Assembly: GCA_964399075.1 (NCBI GenBank)
Contig: CAYNPK010000003.1
Coordinates: 6,306 to 70,305 of the forward strand
Source of the DNA: an uncultured Candidatus Saccharibacteria bacterium
GTDB taxonomy: Bacteria; Patescibacteriota; Minisyncoccia; Phycocordibacterales; JACOZG01
Length of the DNA stretch: 64,000 bases
Direction: 5' to 3'
Part shown: piece by piece, positions 9,116-17,322 of the stretch
How the letters are laid out: the number at the start of each line of letters is the position of its first letter
How positions within the stretch are numbered: position 1 is the stretch's first letter
The notes under the pieces: generated by a model
What the model saw: the letters and a program-made list of their open reading frames with translations, nothing else
Database searches by the model: none
What the model was told of the DNA's origin: nothing
Made by a program: the position numbers and the translations under genes

Positions 9116-9928
9116 TCACATGATACTCCTTAGATATGCAATTTCTTTTTGGAGTATCGCAATGATCAAATCTCGCTCTGGTTTTCTAACAACGATTCCA
9201 TGGGCTGGCTCGATATTTTGGCGCGACCCCTCCTTTTCGAGGTACTTAACAAAGTCTCCAGGCCTGAACTCATCGATGCTAGACAACTTGGCCGTAGCAC
9301 TAAGAATTCGCTGGATTCGTGAGCAAGATGCCTGATGACCAATGATAATTTGGAGCTCGTTGCCAGTTTTTTCGAACATACTCTTGAGCAAGAGGTAGAG
9401 CCGCAGGGAAAACTCCCCCTGATGCTCTCCCAATTTGTTAAACCAGCCAACCAACTCTGGATACTCGGCTTCCCCGTCGGAGTTAATAACAGGATCGCCA
9501 AATCTATACAACAATTTGCACGAATCCAGTTTTTGTTGCCAAGCTTTCCAGGCATCAAGGAGCGGCTTGTATTCATTGCCTTGGACATGGTTTCTGATGA
9601 CGAAATCACCTTGATAGATCTCTCGCACGCCAGTAGTTTCACACATCTCAGTGGGAATGTTCGCAGTAAAAAATTCTTCTACTGCGATAGTCGCCGTTTG
9701 AATCGCTCGAAGACGACCACTGTGTTGAACACAGATTTTTGACGCGCCAACCGTGCGACATAATTTGACTATTTCCTTGCCGAGAATCTTGACGTCGAAT
9801 TTTGTCTCCTCAGTAAGTGGCTGATTAAGATCTTGAGAAAGAACTGGCACATCTACACCATGCCGAACCAAAACCATTATTTTGCCCGAAGAACACCCTC
9901 GAGCGTCTGAATTTTCAATGAGTCTCAT
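9116..9928 (-). CDS. Histidine phosphatase superfamily protein (phosphoglycerate-mutase-like)
   Basis: Catalytic RHG motif (VLVRHGVD) near the N-terminus; start placed at the ATG at 9928, which has an aaggaggg RBS 8 nt upstream (the track ORF starts earlier at a TTG). Confidence 0.7.
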   Translation of the reverse strand: MRLIENSDARGCSSGKIMVLVRHGVDVPVLSQDLNQPLTEETKFDVKILGKEIVKLCRTVGASKICVQHSGRLRAIQTATIAVEEFFTANIPTEMCETTGVREIYQGDFVIRNHVQGNEYKPLLDAWKAWQQKLDSCKLLYRFGDPVINSDGEAEYPELVGWFNKLGEHQGEFSLRLYLLLKSMFEKTGNELQIIIGHQASCSRIQRILSATAKLSSIDEFRPGDFVKYLEKEGSRQNIEPAHGIVVRKPERDLIIAILQKEIAYLRSIM

Positions 9929-9965
9929 AAGACCCTCCTTTCCAATAAAGAGGATACAATAAATG

Positions 9966-9995
9966 TTGAGATGTATCAAGTGCTTATGGTATACT
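9966..9995 (+). promoter_or_regulatory. Putative sigma70-type promoter (TTGAGA-18-TATACT) for the GT2-NUDIX gene
   Basis: ttgaga at 9966 and tatact at 9990, about 20 nt upstream of the ATG at 10016. Confidence 0.4.
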
Positions 9996-10015
9996 CGTCA
10001 ATTATCACAACAACC

Positions 10016-11359
10016 ATGACCAAGCCACTAATTTCCATCGTTTTAGGTAGTTACAACAGAAAATCTTTCCTCAAAAAAACAATCAAAACAATAAGGGAAA
10101 ATGAGATCTCTGTTCCATTCGAGATCATTGTCATTGATGGCGGATCTACTGACGGAAGCGTTCGATATCTTTCTTCCCAAAAAGACATAGTAACGATAAT
10201 TCAACATAATCGTGGTTTTTGGAAAGGGAAGAAGATTAAAAAAAGAAACTGGGGTTATTACATGAACATAGCTTTTCAGGCTACTCATGGAAAATATGTT
10301 GTTATGGTTTCTGATGATTGCCTCATCGTCTCCGGATCAATTATGAATGCCTACAATCTCTTTGAACGTGAGACGAGGCAAGGAAATAAAGTTGGCGGAA
10401 TAGCCTTTTATTGGAGAAATCTACCGTATGAAAAAATATATTACGTCCGTCAAACTCTTGGACATAAGTTATCAATAAATCATGGTATGTATTTGAAAAA
10501 AGCTTTGGAAGAGGTCGGTTTCTGCGAGGAAGAAAAATATCCCTTCTATTACGGAGATGGGGATCTTTCCTTAAAACTTTGGAGGTCGGGCTATTTAATC
10601 ATTGATTGCAAAGAATCTTTTGTTGAACATTTTCACTTTTCGGGCATGAAGATTAGACAAGAAAATAGTACACAAAAAGAGAAATATAAAAAAATCTACA
10701 TGGAGTCATGGAAGGGTATATTCTATGATGAAAAGATTGATAATCAAAGTGGCAAGATTTTCCTAAATTATAAAGATCCACACAACATCGCCAGACTTTT
10801 TAAGTCTAGCCCTTGGTATTATATTGGTATTCTACAATCAAAACTTATTAGGTTATATGGGTATGAAAGAAAACGACCAAATAGATTACCAAGTATTGAG
10901 ATGCTGTCTAATTATTCAAACATTAAACATCTGCTTTCAAAGTTCAAAATTATACCAGAACAGTTGTGTTTTTTTGCCCTAATCAAACAAAACGACCAAA
11001 TACTAATGGGACTTAGAGAGTATCGAAAAGATAACCCAGTATGGACATATCCTGGCGGTCGTAGCGTGCCCGGAGAAACAATGCTGGAATCATTGAAAAG
11101 AGAAATAAAAGAAGAAATTGGGGTGAAAAATCCTGAATTTGTAAAGGTTATTGGCCAAAAAAACGGAGTAAAAGAAGGAGATAGAGTTTATTTCATTGAA
11201 TGTAAGATCTCTGAGAAACCTCAACTTATGGAACCAGAAAAATTTAAGGAATGGAAATGGTTTCCAATTAATGGACTACCAGAAAACCTTATTGACCAAA
11301 AAGATGCCGAGATTATAAAAAGACTTATGCCATTAAAATTGCCCCAAATTACAAACTAA
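10016..11359 (+). CDS. Fusion protein: family 2 glycosyltransferase (GT-A) N-terminal domain plus C-terminal NUDIX hydrolase domain
   Basis: N-terminal PLISIVLGSYNRKSFLKKTI...IIVIDGGSTDGS is a GT2 signature and a DxD-like DGD is present; C-terminal GGRSVPGETMLESLKREIKEEIGV is a Nudix box; start taken at MTKPLISIV. Confidence 0.75.
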   Translation: MTKPLISIVLGSYNRKSFLKKTIKTIRENEISVPFEIIVIDGGSTDGSVRYLSSQKDIVTIIQHNRGFWKGKKIKKRNWGYYMNIAFQATHGKYVVMVSDDCLIVSGSIMNAYNLFERETRQGNKVGGIAFYWRNLPYEKIYYVRQTLGHKLSINHGMYLKKALEEVGFCEEEKYPFYYGDGDLSLKLWRSGYLIIDCKESFVEHFHFSGMKIRQENSTQKEKYKKIYMESWKGIFYDEKIDNQSGKIFLNYKDPHNIARLFKSSPWYYIGILQSKLIRLYGYERKRPNRLPSIEMLSNYSNIKHLLSKFKIIPEQLCFFALIKQNDQILMGLREYRKDNPVWTYPGGRSVPGETMLESLKREIKEEIGVKNPEFVKVIGQKNGVKEGDRVYFIECKISEKPQLMEPEKFKEWKWFPINGLPENLIDQKDAEIIKRLMPLKLPQITN

Positions 11360-11497
11360 CTCAATCATTCTTATTTGAACGCTAGTCACCTCTGAAATGA
11401 TCATGTTGAGGATAGTAGATGAGACGCATTCAACGACTTCGTAACCCTGAACTACGGTGGTCGCCTTGGATCAATCCAAGCTCTTTAGTTTTCACAG

Positions 11498-11905
11498 CTA
11501 CAAAACAATGTCTTCTAGAACTTCTATCTTTAATAATTCACCAGATCGATCAAGATAGATACAAATTGCGTCAACTTGCCAATCAATCTCATCATCAATG
11601 TCCTTATGCATCAGATAGGTCTCAATCACTCGACGCAAGCGTTTGAGCTTCCAGGGATGCAGATTATCTTCCGGCTCATAATCATCGCCATGATTATGAG
11701 CCTGTTCGGCCAAAATTAGTTTGTCACGGACAACAGTTTTAACTTCCACAAAGCGTAAATCATTCCCCCGCTGGGCGACAATATCTATTTCTCCCCATTT
11801 GCGCCAATAATTTCTATCCACGATCTGATAACCCTGTCTCTTTAAAAAGTCACAGCTTAAGTCCTCCCCTTTTTGTCCGATTAGTTGTTTGGCAGTTTGA
11901 GACAT
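11498..11905 (-). CDS. YraN/UPF0102 family endonuclease-like protein
   Basis: 135 aa; GEDLSCDFLKRQGYQIVDRNYW...GEIDIVA...VEVK PD-(D/E)xK-like core typical of the YraN family. Confidence 0.75.
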   Translation of the reverse strand: MSQTAKQLIGQKGEDLSCDFLKRQGYQIVDRNYWRKWGEIDIVAQRGNDLRFVEVKTVVRDKLILAEQAHNHGDDYEPEDNLHPWKLKRLRRVIETYLMHKDIDDEIDWQVDAICIYLDRSGELLKIEVLEDIVL

Positions 11906-11991
11906 GGTTAAATGTGTCCTTTATACACAGTATCCCCAGAGTTATCCCCAGAATTTCCTAAGTTTAGCACTTTATTGTATTGTATAGCTAC

Positions 11992-12063
11992 GCCTCCGTG
12001 GTGAAATGGATATCACAACGGTCTTCGGAACCGTTATTGTGGGTTCGAATCCTGCCGGAGGCA
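11992..12063 (+). tRNA. tRNA-Arg (anticodon UCG)
   Basis: Acceptor gcctccg/cggaggc, D-stem gtga/tcac, anticodon stem acggt/accgt with loop cttcgga, T-loop ttcgaat; no encoded CCA. Confidence 0.75.
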
Positions 12064-12133
12064 TTAGATAAGATTGGAAATTCTTAAAGTTATTGCTATA
12101 ATACTAGCCATTAGATAATTTAGATAATTTAAG

Positions 12134-12204
12134 GCGGGTATGGTTTAGTGGTAGAACACGTCCTTGCCAAGGACGAGACGGGAGTTCGATTCTCCCTACC
12201 CGCA
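12134..12204 (+). tRNA. tRNA-Gly (anticodon GCC)
   Basis: gcgggtatggtttagtggtagaacacgtccttgccaaggacgag...gggagttcgattctccctacccgca; anticodon loop ttgccaa; no encoded CCA. Confidence 0.85.
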
Positions 12205-12240
12205 CCGAAACAACCTGTTAACTGTTAACTATAATTAAAT

Positions 12241-13710
12241 ATGATTAAACTCGATATCCCCTCCCCCGTTTCACGTATAACAGAAACCCTACAAAAGGGT
12301 GGTTTTTCTGCCTATTTGGTTGGCGGTTGCGTTAGAGATCTTATTTTAGGCCGTGAACCAGCAGATTGGGATGTTACGACCAACGCCACACCACCCCAGA
12401 TTATGGGTTTATTCTCTAAAACTTTTTATGAAAACAAGTTTGGTACAGTCACGATTGATAATGAAGATGTAACAGAACCCAATCTCCGTTTCGTGGAAGT
12501 AACCCCTTTCCGACTAGAAACCACCTACTCTGATCGACGTCACCCGGATGAAGTGCTCTGGAGTGATAATCTAGAAGATGATCTCAAGAGACGAGATTTC
12601 ACGATTAACGCTCTGGCTTATGATCCGACTAGTAATAAACTAGAAGATTTCTTCAAGGGTCAGGAGGATCTAAAAAACAAATTAATCAAGGCGGTTGGTA
12701 ATCCTAGTGAAAGATTTGATGAAGATCCCCTAAGGATGATGCGAGCGGTGCGTTTAGCCTCACAAACTGGTTTCATGATTAACAACGAGACGGTTGAGGC
12801 GATTGAAAAACAGGCTGCTTTGATTAAAAAGATATCTATAGAGAGAATTAGAGATGAATTTATTAAAATAATTTTATCACCGGAGCCAATGTTGGGTCTT
12901 ATTTTAAGCCAAAAATTGGGTCTTCTGAAGCATTTTGTTCCAGAATTAGAAGAAGGAATAGGCATAGACCAAAATAGCGACCATAAATATGACGTTTGGG
13001 GACATATTTTACGCGCCTTGCAACATTCAGCGACTAAAAATTATGAACTAGAAGTCAGGCTCTCTGCTCTGTTTCATGATATTGGCAAGCCAAGAACCAG
13101 ACAATGGAGCGACGAAAAGAAAGATTGGACTTTCTACGGCCACGAGGTGGTAGGCGCTAAAATGGTGGACAAAATTCTAAAGAGACTCAAGTTTCCTGGC
13201 AAAACGATTGATAATGTTAATAACTTGGTCCGTAATCATATGTTTTTCAGTGATATTGATAAAATTACCCTTTCGGCAGTTAGACGAATTATTCGCAATG
13301 TTGGCCGAGAACATATTTGGGAATTAATGGAAGTGCGAACTTGTGACCGAATTGGCATGGGCCGACCGAAAGAAAGCCCCTATCGCCTACGCAAATACCA
13401 ATCAATGATCGAAGAAGCCTTACGAGATCCAACTTCAGTAGGAATGCTAAAAATAGATGGAAAACAAGTTATTCATGAAACAGGCTTAAACCCGGGACCC
13501 AAAATAGGCTTTATTTTGCACGCTTTACTGGAAGAAATCCTGGAGAAACCAGATTTAAACACCGAAAAGTATCTTGTGAAACGCGTTAAAGAAATGGCCA
13601 AACTAGAAGATCAAGACTTAAAAAATTTAGGAGAAAAGGGCCGAGAGAAGAAACAAGAGATAGAAGAAACCGAATTAAAAAAGATTCGAGATAAGTTCCA
13701 CGTGAAATAA
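12241..13710 (+). CDS. cca: CCA-adding tRNA nucleotidyltransferase with HD domain
   Basis: 489 aa; N-terminal pol-beta-type nucleotidyltransferase motif GGCVRDLILGREPADWDVTT; C-terminal HD motif (LFHDIGKP, HEVVGAKM). Confidence 0.8.
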   Translation: MIKLDIPSPVSRITETLQKGGFSAYLVGGCVRDLILGREPADWDVTTNATPPQIMGLFSKTFYENKFGTVTIDNEDVTEPNLRFVEVTPFRLETTYSDRRHPDEVLWSDNLEDDLKRRDFTINALAYDPTSNKLEDFFKGQEDLKNKLIKAVGNPSERFDEDPLRMMRAVRLASQTGFMINNETVEAIEKQAALIKKISIERIRDEFIKIILSPEPMLGLILSQKLGLLKHFVPELEEGIGIDQNSDHKYDVWGHILRALQHSATKNYELEVRLSALFHDIGKPRTRQWSDEKKDWTFYGHEVVGAKMVDKILKRLKFPGKTIDNVNNLVRNHMFFSDIDKITLSAVRRIIRNVGREHIWELMEVRTCDRIGMGRPKESPYRLRKYQSMIEEALRDPTSVGMLKIDGKQVIHETGLNPGPKIGFILHALLEEILEKPDLNTEKYLVKRVKEMAKLEDQDLKNLGEKGREKKQEIEETELKKIRDKFHVK

Positions 13711-13889
13711 TTTATAAAAACGAAAGGCGTCCGCCGAAAGTGGGGGACGCCGTGGCCGCTACTCAAAGATGTAGAGATATAGTGGATAAAAATTTTCTAC
13801 ACCGGAGGCGTTACCGATATGGACCAGATCATGTCTGATAAGATTATATTATCGGACAAACTAAAAGACAAGATGAAGTTGTGGATAAC

Positions 13890-14786
13890 TTATTTTATTT
13901 TGCGACGGTGGAAGGATTTGTGGATATCTCGTAAATGTTTATCAGTAACATGAGTATAAACTTGAGTAGTAGCAATATTAGCGTGCCCCAACATTAATTG
14001 AACAGAGCGGATATCAGCGCCATTGCTTAATAAATCAGTGGCGAAGCTGTGGCGCAAAGTATGAGGGGTCACTTTTTTAGAAATACCAGCCTTAATAGCG
14101 TAAAATTTAACGATTCTCTCAACGCTTCTGGGAGTTAGGCGACCGCGTTCAGATCCTTCATTAATTCTAGTTTTCAGATTAACAAACATCGCCTCGTTCA
14201 GATCCTGGCGGCTATTTAAATAGCTTTTTAGGGCTGTTTTAGCCTCGGGAGAGATGAAAACGACTCTAATCTTCTCGCCCTTACCACGCACCGTGAACTC
14301 ATCTTGATTGAAGTTGATACTATCTCTGTCTAGATTACAAAGCTCAGAAACCCGCAAACCAGTAGAAAAGAGAAGTTCTAACATCGCCTTATCTCTTAAA
14401 GACTTCTCATCTTTGCCTTTAGCAGTAATAGCTAGAAGGCGAGTCAAATCATCCTCATCGATTAAATCGAGCTCTCTGGCGCTAGTTTTAGCCAATTCAA
14501 TACGATTAGCCGGCAAACTGCTGACAGCTCGTAATTCTAGGTACTTAAGAAAGGTTCTTAGGGCAATTAAGTGATAGTTCTGGGTATTCTTCTTAAGTCC
14601 TTTACGATTCAACCACAAGCGGTATTGGCGGATGATATCATCATCAATACTCTCTGGGTGCTTAATTTGAGCAAAGTCCAAAAAACGGCCTAGATAATAG
14701 TCATAATTCACAACCGTCTTCAAACTACGACCACGTTCGATCTCTAAATATTCCAAAAAATCGCGTTTAAGTTTACTTAGTTCCAT
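13890..14786 (-). CDS. xerD: Tyrosine site-specific recombinase XerC/XerD family
   Basis: 298 aa; C-terminal catalytic region HTLRHSFATDLLSNGADIRSVQLMLGHANIATTQVYTHV (R-H-R-Y pattern). Confidence 0.8.
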   Translation of the reverse strand: MELSKLKRDFLEYLEIERGRSLKTVVNYDYYLGRFLDFAQIKHPESIDDDIIRQYRLWLNRKGLKKNTQNYHLIALRTFLKYLELRAVSSLPANRIELAKTSARELDLIDEDDLTRLLAITAKGKDEKSLRDKAMLELLFSTGLRVSELCNLDRDSINFNQDEFTVRGKGEKIRVVFISPEAKTALKSYLNSRQDLNEAMFVNLKTRINEGSERGRLTPRSVERIVKFYAIKAGISKKVTPHTLRHSFATDLLSNGADIRSVQLMLGHANIATTQVYTHVTDKHLRDIHKSFHRRKIK

Positions 14787-15129
14787 ATCTATCTATTATA
14801 TCAGTAACCACCCCTGAAACTTCCTCATTTTTAAACCTAATTTCAGCAATATTTAAACTTTTCAAAAAATCAGTTCTTTCTTTGTCATACACCTTAGCAT
14901 CAACCGAATCATGGGTTTTGCCATCAAGTTCAATTGCTAATCTGATTTTGGGACAATAAAAGTCAAGAATATACGGACCAACACTATATTGACGGTAAAA
15001 TTTTAAACCTTTTACTTGGCGATTCGAGAGCTCCCGCCAAAGCGCTTTTTCCGGTTCTGTCTGATTCCGACGGAGTTCTCGCCGACGGTCTCGTAAAATC
15101 TTGTTATTGTAGAGAATCTTGATTTTCAT
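14773..15129 (-). CDS. DUF559 endonuclease-domain protein (Vsr-like fold)
   Basis: 118 aa; YILDFYCPKIRLAIELDGKTHD...ERTDFLKSLNIAEIRF is a typical DUF559 core. Confidence 0.65.
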   Translation of the reverse strand: MKIKILYNNKILRDRRRELRRNQTEPEKALWRELSNRQVKGLKFYRQYSVGPYILDFYCPKIRLAIELDGKTHDSVDAKVYDKERTDFLKSLNIAEIRFKNEEVSGVVTDIIDRYGTK

Positions 15130-15141
15130 AACTCCCCCTGA

Positions 15142-15217
15142 CCCCCTCTTACCTTAAGAGGGGGAATGCGGACACCTATAATTGTAGCATCCGATTGCCC
15201 CCTTAAGATAAGGGGGG
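15142..15217. repeat. Two related G/C-run palindromic hairpins in a divergent intergenic region
   Basis: ccccctctt-acctt-aagaggggg at 15142-15164 and cccccttaa-aga-taaggggg at 15198-15216; both read CCCCCT(C)TTA...TAAG(A)GGGGG. Confidence 0.5.
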
Positions 15218-15306
15218 TTGGGGGTTATGAAATGTTGGGCTTTTTGTAAGCGAACAAAAAAGTGTTATCATTATATTTATTATTATAAGATAAGTTAATA
15301 TATTTT

Positions 15307-15783
15307 ATGTTAGAAAATTTTCATAATAATTCAGGAGATCCAGAATACGCGAGAAAAGATATCAGGGATGGACTTAACGAATATGAAGAATCTAAACAAA
15401 AGCCTAAACAAGAGACACATCCCGCGACCATACCTGGCCCAGACAAAATTCGTACGGAAATCGTTCTCGGTGACTACGGCTTCCCAGGGGCACATGGCAG
15501 TGGTGATTTTAGAAAAATCGACCAAGATGAACTTGGATTATTGATTAGAGATCTTTCAACTGATAAAGGTCTTATTAAAAACGCCGAGGCAAGAGATGAG
15601 CTTAGAGCTGCAAATGAGGCATTGGCGTTCTGCGAGAGAGGCTTTTCTGTAGAGATGTGCAAGGTGAATGATGACCCGTTTTATTATTTTTCAGTACAAG
15701 CATACTTACCAGATGAGTATCCTTCGGGTCGTACAAAAGAGGACAGGAAGGCGATAATTAACGACCTAAAAAATAGTTTATAA
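15307..15783 (+). CDS. Hypothetical protein (158 aa)
   Basis: ORF with protein-like composition; no family recognised. Confidence 0.4.
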   Translation: MLENFHNNSGDPEYARKDIRDGLNEYEESKQKPKQETHPATIPGPDKIRTEIVLGDYGFPGAHGSGDFRKIDQDELGLLIRDLSTDKGLIKNAEARDELRAANEALAFCERGFSVEMCKVNDDPFYYFSVQAYLPDEYPSGRTKEDRKAIINDLKNSL

Positions 15784-15839
15784 GAAGGTTATTCCCCACT
15801 TTCAAATTCAAAGTTTTCCGTATCAATCTGGTTTGGACC

Positions 15840-16106
15840 TTGCTTTTTAAACTGGATATGCTATCATTTGAGACAATGCTAGCAACCAAGAAAAAGCAGG
15901 TTTTAATAAAAAAAACTCGGGTTCACGAAAAGGACACGGGTTCTTCGGCGGTGCAAGTAGCTATTTTAAGCGAGCGGATAGACGAATTAGCCAAACATTT
16001 GAAAAAGAATCCTAAAGACGAGCATTCTCGACGCGGATTGTTGAAGCTTGTCGCCAAACGACGTTCTCACGAAAAATATCTTGCTACCAAAAAAGCTAAA
16101 CTTTAG
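15840..16106 (+). CDS. rpsO: 30S ribosomal protein S15 (true start probably the Met near 15876)
   Basis: [44 protein letters not shown] matches the conserved S15 core (DTGS..VQ.A.LT.RI..L..H....KD.HSRRGLL..V..RR). Confidence 0.85.
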   Translation: MLFKLDMLSFETMLATKKKQVLIKKTRVHEKDTGSSAVQVAILSERIDELAKHLKKNPKDEHSRRGLLKLVAKRRSHEKYLATKKAKL

Positions 16107-16124
16107 TAATTAGTTTTTATCGAC

Positions 16125-16718
16125 ATGGGAATAATTAAACATCGAGGCCAGCGTATTGCGGTTTTTATTGACACGCAAAATTTATATCATTGCGCGAAAA
16201 ACCTTTATCAAGCTAGGGTTAACTTTGCAGCCATTCTGAAAGACGCTGTAGCTGACAGAAATCTCGTTCGAGCTATTGCTTATATGGTGACAACAGAAAG
16301 CGGGGAAGAGAAAAATTTCTTAGAATCTCTCCATAAAATGGGGATAGAGGTAAAAACCAAAGATTTACAAATCTTTTCTGGTGGCGCCAAGAAAGCAGAC
16401 TGGGATGTGGGTTTGGCAGTTGACGCGATCAAAGTGGCTTCTAAGGTTGATGCGGTGATTATCGCCTCCGGCGATGGCGACTTTGTGCCACTAGTTGATT
16501 ACTTAAAGATTCACGCCGGAACTCAAGTAGAAATAATCGCTTTTGGCAAAAGCACCTCCGGCCGACTTAAAGAAGTGGCTGATGACTTTATTGACCTAGG
16601 TGATAATCCTAGAAAATACTTACTCGGATCAAACAATGGCTCTTCTCGTCGACGTCGACGAGCAGGTGCTTCCGGATCTAAGACAAAAAACAGTGAACAA
16701 GTAACTAACGCTGTCTAA
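16125..16718 (+). CDS. NYN-domain (LabA/DUF88-like) protein with a basic C-terminal tail
   Basis: RIAVFIDTQNLYH...AIAYMVT...IIASGDGDFVPLV has the acidic residues of the PIN-like NYN fold; the C-terminus is SSRRRRRAGASGSKTK. Confidence 0.7.
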   Translation: MGIIKHRGQRIAVFIDTQNLYHCAKNLYQARVNFAAILKDAVADRNLVRAIAYMVTTESGEEKNFLESLHKMGIEVKTKDLQIFSGGAKKADWDVGLAVDAIKVASKVDAVIIASGDGDFVPLVDYLKIHAGTQVEIIAFGKSTSGRLKEVADDFIDLGDNPRKYLLGSNNGSSRRRRRAGASGSKTKNSEQVTNAV

Positions 16719-16815
16719 AAAAACAAAAGATAACAAAATAAGATAAGATTTAATAATCTAGACTAGTGTAGACTAGTAAGCTAAGGGCCTTTTATAGTAT
16801 AATAAATGGTAAATT

Positions 16816-17322
16816 ATGCCTGACACCAATGATGATTTACAAACCAAATTAGAAGAAGCGCGACGCGCCCTAGAAGGTGAGGAGCATGCGGCCAAACGTG
16901 AGCAACAAGAGAAAGCTCAAGCGGTTCAATCTAGGCGGGAAGCTCTGGAAAAAAGATTAGAAACAATAGCAAAAGATAAAGAAGTCTTAGAATTAGCTTG
17001 GATTGACTTGGATAGTACTCGCAAGGCTATTCGAGTTAATCTTAATCCAATTATTGAGGAAGAAAAAAAACTAGAGATAGAAGAATCTAAATTAGAAACA
17101 GAGGAAGCTTCTATTGGAGTAGAAGAGGAGAAACATAAAGTGGAAGAACAACGTTGGGCAATCCAAACCAAACGACGAGACTCAGAACAAAAGAAATGGC
17201 GAGAAGAAGAAAAATTAATCGCTATTGAAAAAAATATTGAAGTCAACACGACCAAATACCGTCTGCTAATTGACGAGGAAGATAAAATCTTAATTGAGCT
17301 AGAGCAATTAAAATCACAATGA
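16816..17322 (+). CDS. Charged coiled-coil protein (168 aa)
   Basis: E/K/R-rich heptad-like sequence throughout; the N-terminus resembles that of the next gene. Confidence 0.45.
   Translation: MPDTNDDLQTKLEEARRALEGEEHAAKREQQEKAQAVQSRREALEKRLETIAKDKEVLELAWIDLDSTRKAIRVNLNPIIEEEKKLEIEESKLETEEASIGVEEEKHKVEEQRWAIQTKRRDSEQKKWREEEKLIAIEKNIEVNTTKYRLLIDEEDKILIELEQLKSQ

Noticed and set aside
9166-9742. Overlapping ORFs 9166-9642(-), 9335-9742(+) and 9120-9335(+) inside or antisense to the histidine phosphatase gene
   Set aside because: They are alternative-frame or antisense shadows of a gene with a clear RHG phosphatase motif.
13711-13760. Hairpin ggcgtcc-gccgaaagtggg-ggacgcc after cca as a terminator
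   Set aside because: A stable stem is present but there is no downstream T-run, so it is left unannotated.
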